From an uncultured Planctomycetota bacterium (GTDB lineage: Bacteria; Planctomycetota; Planctomycetia; Isosphaerales; Isosphaeraceae), in assembly GCA_963823665.1 (NCBI GenBank), contig CAWGMQ010000005.1, forward strand, positions 1 through 64,000: a DNA stretch of 64,000 bases, in the 5' to 3' direction. A program made the translations under genes and the position numbers. Positions 28,601 to 37,600 of this stretch are shown here, piece by piece. The notes beneath the pieces are model-generated. The model was given only the letters and a program-made list of their open reading frames with translations, had not been told where the DNA came from and ran no database searches. How positions within the stretch are numbered: the first letter of the stretch is position 1; each line of letters begins with the position of its first letter.

Positions 28601-31600
28601 CGGCGTGAACCTGGAAGTTAGCCCGATCAATTTATCCAATACCATCACGGATGGTGATGTCGAAGTCAGTCCATCGATCCCGGCGTCGAACCCGCCGTCG
28701 CCGTTTACTCACACCACTTACTACGGTCTGGCCGTCAACCCACTTGTATCGATCGAGAACACCGGCGGCGCTGTGATCTTGAACGGGTCGATCGACAACC
28801 CGAGCGGCATGACGACCATCCAGGCGACGGGCCAGGCCGGCGCGATTGAGTACGCGTCGACGAGCGCCTCGCCGCCAATCATTTCAAACACGCTGGAACT
28901 GGACAGCAGCGGGGCGATCGGATCGTCGAGCCAGTATCTCGACGTCGAGCTTCACGACGCGGCCGGCGCACCCTCGATCACCGCACTGACGGCCGGAAGC
29001 GCCGCCTACCTGAACCTTGCCGGCGTCCACGACAGTACGTCGACAACGGGATTGACGGTCGACGGCGGCAACTGGACGGCGGGCAGCTTCTTCCTCAATC
29101 TGAGCGGGCAGGGCGCAGGTGACCTGCCTTTGGCGAGCCTGTTCGACATCGAGTCGCTTGTGACCACCGCGGCTGCCGCCGGAAACATTCAGGTGCAAGA
29201 CCCGGACGGCATGGCATCGCTCATGGCGGGCGTCACGCTGGCCGCCGGAGGGGCCCTCGATATCGCGGCGGGCGGAAACGTTTCGCTGACTTCCGCCGGC
29301 GACCTCGACGTCGACTCGATCAGCGCGGAGGACGGCAACCTCTCGCTCACGACCACCGGAGGCTCGATCCTCGACACAAACGCGATTGCGACGACACCGG
29401 TCCTTTCCGGCAACTCCATCACGCTGGCAGCGGGGGGCGAAATCGGCTCGAGCACGAACCACCTCGAGATCGATTCCTCGACGCTCCAGAGCGGCACTGT
29501 CTCGGCCAGTGGCACGGACGGCGTTTACATCGATCAAGTGGCCGGGTCTCTGGTCGTCGGCACCATCTCGTCGAACGACGACGTCGAGCTATCCGCGCCG
29601 GCGTCGATCGTCGAATCGGCCGGCGATTCCGGACAGACAGCGATCAGCGCCTCGCAGCTTGTGCTCTCGGCCGGCCTTGGAATCGGGACTGCGGCGACGC
29701 CGCTGGCGACAGATGCCGGTCAGCTCACTGCGGCCCAGGCCCAGGGCGGCGGTTTCTATCTCGACGATTCCGAAGGCCTCTCTATCGAGAGCGTGCAGGC
29801 GAGCACCGCGATCGTCCTGAACGCGACTGGCCAGATCAACTTCTCGGGGGCGGTCACGGCCGGCGGTGCGATCACAATAAGCGGGCAGGCGATCGACGTG
29901 CTGGGATCCGGCAAGCTTGTCAGCACGGGCGGCGGCATCACCCTGCTAGCCAGCGGCGACGTCACCGAAGCGACGGGGAGCCTGATCGAGGCGGCCGGCA
30001 AGGTGACCCTGACCGCGGACTACGGCAACACGTCAGGCCAGGGCGATCCGGACCTCAACGTCGACGGCAGCGTGATAGGCGCGTTGCTCTTGACGTCGGT
30101 CACCGGCGACGGCGACCACATTAATTTCGGCTCATGGCCCACCGTGCCGACCAACATCTCCGGCGCCGGAACGAGCTATCTTGACGTCGCCGGCACGTCG
30201 TCGGCGGACACCTTCGTGGTCAACAATTCCGAAGTGATACGCAACGGCGTTCCCATCGCTTACAGCGGCATCGGCACCGTCGAGCTGGACGGCGAAGGGG
30301 GCATCAACACTTTCACGATCGATGCGGCGACGCTTGCGCGTGTTCAGATCAACACGAACGGCGACATCGGCGACCAGATCACGATCAATCAGACGGGGAC
30401 ATCGGGCGACACGCTGCTCGAGCACGACCTGGCGGACCCGAGTCTTCCCCAGTACTCCGGCGAGCTGACCGGCCGGACGTTGTGGGTTCAATTTGGCGCC
30501 AATGTCGCGGGACTGACCTATAACGGCGGTGGAGGCGCCGACCATTTCTATATTCAGGCCACTTCGGTGCCGACCACGCTGAATCTCGGAAGCGGCAACA
30601 ACGCCGTATTCCTGGGGGAGGTGCCTCCGGCCGCGACGCCCCTGGCTTCGAACGAGACGGTGCCCGCCAGCGAGCTAGACCAGCTTGGCTTGATCAACGC
30701 CCCGCTGACACTGACGGGCGGCGCCGGGGCCAACAGCCTCACCGTCGACGACTCCGGCGACTCACAGCCCCACTCCGCGGTGGAGATCGAGCCGACGACG
30801 TTTACCGGTCTGACGCCGGTTGCCGTCGATTTCACCGGCTTCGGAAGCGAGACGCTCGACCTGGGAACAGGCCTGAACAAAGTCACGGTCGATGGGACCA
30901 TTTCGGGGTCTGGCTCGGCGGTCACCCTGGAGCTCGGCGGAAAAGATACCGTGTCGGTTCTCGCCGCCAGCGCCGCCAATCTGAACATCGACGGCGTGAG
31001 CGACACCCTCCCGAACAACAACTATGTGACCCTCGACACATCGGGCGCGGCGGCGGCGATCGCCGCGAGCCTGTTCGACGCGGCGCCGGCGGCGGGCAGC
31101 TCGACGCCCGCGGGCACGTCGGTGAGCGGCCTCGACGCGGCGATTTCCTCGACCGTCACCCTGAGCAACCTGAACACGGCCGAATTGTTGCTACCGGGCT
31201 CGAGCAGTACCGCGACGGTCGACACCACCTATTCCGGGCTAGGGCTTTTGAGCATCCAGGGTGGCGTCGGCAATGATACGGTTCATCTGAACAACCTCGG
31301 CGGCCTGGCTGCCGTCGATGGAGGCGGCGGGTCGAATACGGTGATCGTGGACCTGCAAGGCGAGGATCCCGCGGTCGCGCCGTTGACCAAATGGTCGAGC
31401 AGCCTGTCGGTGGCGAATGTCGCCACGCTCGATGTCAACGACAGCGGCTACAGCGGAAACGTGGCATGGGAGGCGTCCAATGGCGAGCTGAGCGGCAACG
31501 ATAATGCCGTGGTGTCGCTTGACGGGGCGAACCAGGTGGAGATCACCGGAGGGACGGGCTCCAACACTCTGTCCGTCAATGAGACCGCTGCTCCGGTGAC

Positions 31601-34600
31601 GGCCACCCTGGGCTCGAATCAGGTGGCCGTTGCGACCGGGAAGGTGGTGCTCTTGCCGGCGGTGGCGGCCACCTATTCCGACCCGGGCGAGGCGATGAAC
31701 TTCAACGGATTGGTAAGCGGCTGGACGTCGTACGTCGAGAACGGCGTGGAGGTGGCGTCCTCGAGCGGGCTGACGCGGTCCGATACGTTCGGGCCGGCGC
31801 TTGAAATCTCGCCCGGCGAGAGCGTGACGGTCGGATCCAGTGGCGGGTCCGGAATCGATCTTTACGCTCTCGACCTGGCCTCCTCGGGCACGACGGCCGC
31901 CTCGGTCACCATCACGGGCACTCCGCTTAACGGCACGGCGCCGGTGTCGGTCAAAGAGAATGTGAGCGGCTCCCTCGCGACCTACGACCTTGGAATCAGC
32001 TTGGACTCGCTGCAATCCGCGACGATCACCACGAGCGGCGGAGGGGTTCTGGTCGACAACATTGTGGCCGCCCTGCCGGCGGCGCAAGCGACGAACGCGC
32101 CGGCTGTGATGACATTCTACGGGCTTGGCACCCCCGGTCCACTGTCTTACAGCGACGACGGAATCGCGGTGACAAACTTCACGACCAGCGATGGCCAACA
32201 GATGGCGTCGACCCTGACCGAGTCACCGGGCGTCTCGGGAGCGGCGCTCTCGATTGCAGTTGGCGACACCGTGAAGATCAAGCCGGGCGGCACGACGGGA
32301 ATCGATCTGGACTCGCTCGACCTGTATGCCGCGAGCTCGGCGACGGTCACCGTCACGGGGTATCCCTCAAGTGGTGGCAGCCCGGTCAGCTTCACTCAGG
32401 CGCTCACCGGAGAGCCCGCGATCTACGACCTTCCGACCGGCTTCCAATCGTTGTCGGAGGCGGACGTCACCACCACTGGTCTGGTGCTGGTGGAGAATAT
32501 CGTGGCGGCTCTGCCAGCGGGGTCGGCCGCGGCACCGGCCCGATCCAGTGGACCGCTCGACATTGCCTTCAACGCCAGTACCGACATGGTGTCGGCCAGC
32601 CCGACGGTGGCCCCGCTCGCCCAGCTCGAAGGCTATTACAACCGGATCGGGATCGTCGTGGACGGCAGCACGTTCGCCGCCAATGGAGGTTTCGATGGCG
32701 ACGGCGATGCCCTCTCGGCCGCTCAGCTCGGTAACTACCTGCCCTGGAATGGGGCCCTGTTTGCGTTCGGGCCGCCGGGCTCAAACAATGTGATCAGCGC
32801 CCAAGGGCAGACGATCCCCTTGAGCAACCTCAGTCTTTCCTCGCTCGACATACTCGGGGCCGCCGTCAACGGCAACCAGGCCAGCCAGGTATTCACCGTC
32901 ACGTACACCGACGGCACGACAGCGCAATTTACGCAGAGCATCAGCGACTGGGCCACGCCGCAGAATTACTCGGGCGAATCCGAAGCCGTCCCGATGTCCT
33001 ACCGAGATAAATCGAACGGTTCGCAACAGAGCCCCATTAACTCCAATTACATTTTATATGGCTACACGTTCTCGCTGAATCCAGCGAAAACCGTGGCGAG
33101 CATCACGTTACCGAACAACTCAGACGTCAACATCGTGGGCATCAGTGGCGGCAACGTAATTACCAGCCCCGTCGTCGCCCAACTCGCGGGTCAGTACAAC
33201 CGGATCGGGATCGTCGACAACGGCAGCAAGTTTGCCGCCAACGGAGGCTTCGACGGCAGCGGCAACGCCCTCTCGGCCGAGCTGCTCGGTACCACCTTGA
33301 CCTGGAATGGGACCGTGTTTGCGTTCGGACCCGCGGGCTCGAACGACGTGATCGAGGCCCAGGGGCAGACGATTCCCTTGACCAACATCAATCTGTACTC
33401 GCTGGTCCTGCTCGGCGCCGCCGTCAACGGCAACCAGCTCAACCAGACATTTACGGTGACCTACACCGACGGCATATCCACCACGATCACCCAGAGCCTG
33501 AGCGACTGGGCCACGCCGCAGAATTACTCCAACGAGTCCACCGCGGTGACGTTGTCCTACCGCGACCTGTCGAATGGCGGACAGCAGCAAGGGAGCTACC
33601 ATCTCTATGCCTATACATTGCCCCTGGATCCGACCAAGACCGTGGCCAGCATCACATTGCCAGACAACTCAAAAGTCAACATCCTCGCCATGAGCGTCAG
33701 CGCCAGCGATGCAAGTGACGCTCCCATCACCCCCCAAGTCGCGGGCAACTACAACCGGAGCGGGATCGTCGACGACGGCAGTTCGATTCCGGCCAACGGA
33801 GGCTTCGACGGCTTCGGCACCGCCCTCTCGGCTGATCTGCTCGGTACAGTCGTGGTCTCGAATGGGACCGTGTTCCCGCTCGGGCCGGCGGGCTCGAGCG
33901 ATGTGATCGAAGGCCAAGGACAGACGATCCCCTTGATCAACCAAAATCTTTCCTCGCTGGTCCTACTCGGCGCCGCCGTCGAGGGCAACCAGCCCAACCA
34001 GAAATTTACAGTGAACTACACCGATGGCACATCCACCACGATCACCCAGAGCGTGAGCGACTGGGCCACGCCGCAGACTTACACCAACCAGTCCACCGCC
34101 GTGACGTTGTCCTACCGCGGCCTGGCGGATGGCGGCGAGGAGCAAGGGAGCTACAATCTCTATGCCTATACGTTGCCCCTGGATACGACCAAGACCGTGG
34201 CCAGCATCACATTGCCAGACAACTCAGACGTCAACATCCTGTCGATCGGCGCACCTGGGACCTCGTCGTCCACGACATTCAATGGGACGCCGTTCTTCGC
34301 CTACACGCAGGAAGGCATCAGCTACTTCCAGTTCCAGGGCGACCTGGTGATCCCGGCCGATTCAACCGTGTTAGCGACAACAAGTCCGAATGGGTTGTCG
34401 CTCGACGCCGCCAACGACGTGCTCATCGGGGCGGGCGTGAGCTTCAACGTTTCGGCCGTGGGGACGACGAGCGGACCGGGAGGCGGGGCGGGCGGCTCAT
34501 CCGGAGGAGGCGGTGTGGGAGGCAGCGCTGGTGCTACTGGGGGACCAGGAGGAGGAGGAACAGGAGGGTCTGGAGGCACGGGCGGAACAGACCCAGAAAC

Positions 34601-37600
34601 GACTTATATCCCTACCGCCGGGACAAGCGGATCAAGCGGCAATAACGGAACTGCAGGTAAGAACGGTGTTCAAGGAGTCATAGGCGGGACGGGACAGTCT
34701 GGAATCAACAACCCCAGCGGAGGCGGTTCTGGCGGGACAGCCGGTGCGCTAGGTGACGCCGGCAGCACCCCCCCTGCCACGGGAGGAACGCCCGGAGCCG
34801 GAGGCAGCGCGGGCGATAACAACTTTACCGGCAATCCGGGAAGCGGAAACTCGGGCAAGGCGGGAAATAGTGGGAGTTCCGGAAGCAACGGCAGTCCAGG
34901 CTCCGCGGGCGGATCGGGCGTGACCGGAACGAATGCGGCGACAGGTCTGGCACTCACAGGAGGAGCTGGAGGAGGAGGAGGAGCTGGAGGAGGAGGGGGA
35001 GGCAGCGGGTCCGGAGGAGGAGGTGGTGGTGGTGGCGGCGGCGGTGGTGCAGAGGCAACGTACCAAGATTACGTAACTAGTCCCTATGACTACGCAGGAG
35101 TAAACGGAGGCTCGGGAGGATCCGGCGGCGCCGGCGGCATTGGCCAGGCCGGTGGGGCCGGAGGGCAAGGCGGGGCTGGCGGGGCTGGCGCAGGAGCCAT
35201 CGCGATCCGTGCCGATGGACAGATCATCGTGGGAGATACTTCCGGCTTCTACGCCGAAGGTGCCGCGGCGATTCCGGGATCCAGTGTCTCCTTCTCCGCC
35301 TCGAACGCCTCGGGCGGTAAAGGCAGCAGTGCCGGCAGCGTGTCCAACGGGGGCGGAGCCGGCGGAACGGGGGGATCGGGCGGTGCGGGCGGCGCGGGCG
35401 GCGCCGGCGGTGCAGGTGGAGCCGGCGCGGGCGGTGCAGGCGGCACAGTCGAGCTGATCGGGACGTCGGTCAGCGCGTCTGGAGCCAGCGTCAATACCAG
35501 TGGGGGCGCGGCAGCCACGGATGGCGCGGGCGGCGGCGACGGCCGACTCGTCGTCGGCTCGAATACGACCGCGAGCGCACTGCCGACAACGATAGTCGGC
35601 GCCAGCGTCCAGACCTACGCGGGCTCGACTGCGCCCAACCCCTACCTTTACCAGCAGCCGACGGCCGGAGCCCAGAGCGGCCTATTTGGAACATATTATT
35701 CTGACAGCTATGATTTCGCCGGCTCGGCGACGACCACGGAAGTTGACCCCAGCATCAACTTCCAATGGAAGGGTTCAGACCCGGCCTCGGGGATCTCGGC
35801 CACTGATTTCAATGCCCGCTGGACCGGCCAGATCCTCGCGCCGGAGACCGGGACGTACACATTTGAGACGAGCACCGACTCGAGCGGAGGCGCCCGGCTC
35901 TACGTCAACGGGCAGCTTGTTGTCAACGGCTGGAACGAACAGTCGGGAAACACGACCTCGACCGGAACGATTTCCCTGGTAGCTGGACAGTGGTATGACA
36001 TCCAACTCGATTACTACGAGGGGAGCGGAACCGCCGCTTCCGTGGCGCTGCAATGGAGCGCCGTGGGGACCAATGGCCAGGAGCTCGTTGGCCAGGAGGT
36101 CGTTCCCAGCTCGAACCTGCGGCCGGATACCGTGCAGCAGGACACACCGATCCTTCCGGATCTGGAAAATGGGGCCGCCGACTACGGCTTTATTAGCGAC
36201 GGCTACAGCGCCATCGCCTCTTTCCTCACCGACCAACCGGCGAATGCCGCGGCAGCGGTCATCCGGATTCCGGCTGCCGATGTGCCGGCTGGCCTTACCA
36301 CCAGCTTCCCCGGGTACGACCTGGTCGTTGTCGTCAATCTTTCCGGCACCACTCTCGCCGATCCGGCGCTGGGGATCGGCCTGGGCTCGGCGGTCGGCTC
36401 GTTTGCAACCCCGCTGCTTCTGGGCGGGGCCCTGACCAACCCTGACTTCGGCGGGAGTGGCCCCACGGTTGCGAGCGGGTTGGCCGCACAGTCTGTCTGG
36501 GCGACCTGGGTGCCGGCCGGCTCGACCTACTACGTCAACGCCAATGTGGGTGGAAGCGCGGCTGCCTTGAGCGGCGCCGTCATGCCGTCAAAAAGCGTAT
36601 CCGTGCAATACATCCACGGCCTGTCTCCCTCGGCCATCCCGACGAGCCCGCTCTCCGGACTCCAGTCCCTGGCGGTGTCGCCGGATGGGAAGACGGTTTA
36701 CGGCCTGAATACCGCCGACAACACGCTGGTGGTGGCCGCCGCGGGGACGATGACCGAGCTGCAATCGTTCAAGCAGGGGCTTGACCCGCTGGGCCAGGAC
36801 TACGGACTTGAGGGTGCGACGTCGGTGACCGTTTCGCCCAATGGTCTGTTCGTGTATGTGGCCGGGGCGGGCGAATCGAAGATCGGGATCTTCAGCCGCG
36901 ACCCGAGCACGGGTTACCTGAGCTTCCTGGGGGTAACGACCCCTCTGTCGGGCACCACGCCGGTGACCGCCTCGGTCGTGCACACCAGCGGCGACGGAGA
37001 ACGGCTCTACGCGCTCACAGAGTCGCAGGGAATCGCCGTCGCCTCACTGGATCCTTCCGGTGGCACGATCGGCAGCTTCACCCTTGCCGAGCCCGGCGGA
37101 ATCAGTCAGTTCACGGGGCTGGCCGAGAGCAGTGACGGGACCACTCTGTTCGCGACGGGCGGCGATACGCTGGTGGCGCTTGATTCCACTTCCACGTCGC
37201 TGTCGCAGGAGGCGAGCCTGAACGGGAACGCCTATGGACTGGCGACGATGACCGAGGTCGCCGTCAGCGCATCGAGCATCTATGTCGCCGGCACGAATAG
37301 CGCGGGCGCGGGCGTGCTGGGACTGTTTACCTTCGATGCGGTCCTTCAGGCGTTTTCATTCGTGAGCCTGTTGACCGAGGGCGTCAACGGCACGCGCGGA
37401 TTGCAAGGGGTCACGGGACTCGCCGCATCGGCCGACGGTGCTTACGTGTTCGTGACGAGCGCGACGGAGAACGCGGTGACCTCCTTCACACGCGACCCCG
37501 CGACCGGCAAGCTTACGCTCGCGCAGGTCTTGCGAAACCAGCCGGGCCTGTACAGTCCATCGGGCCTGGCGGTTGCGCCGCTCTCCGCGGCCACCGATCC

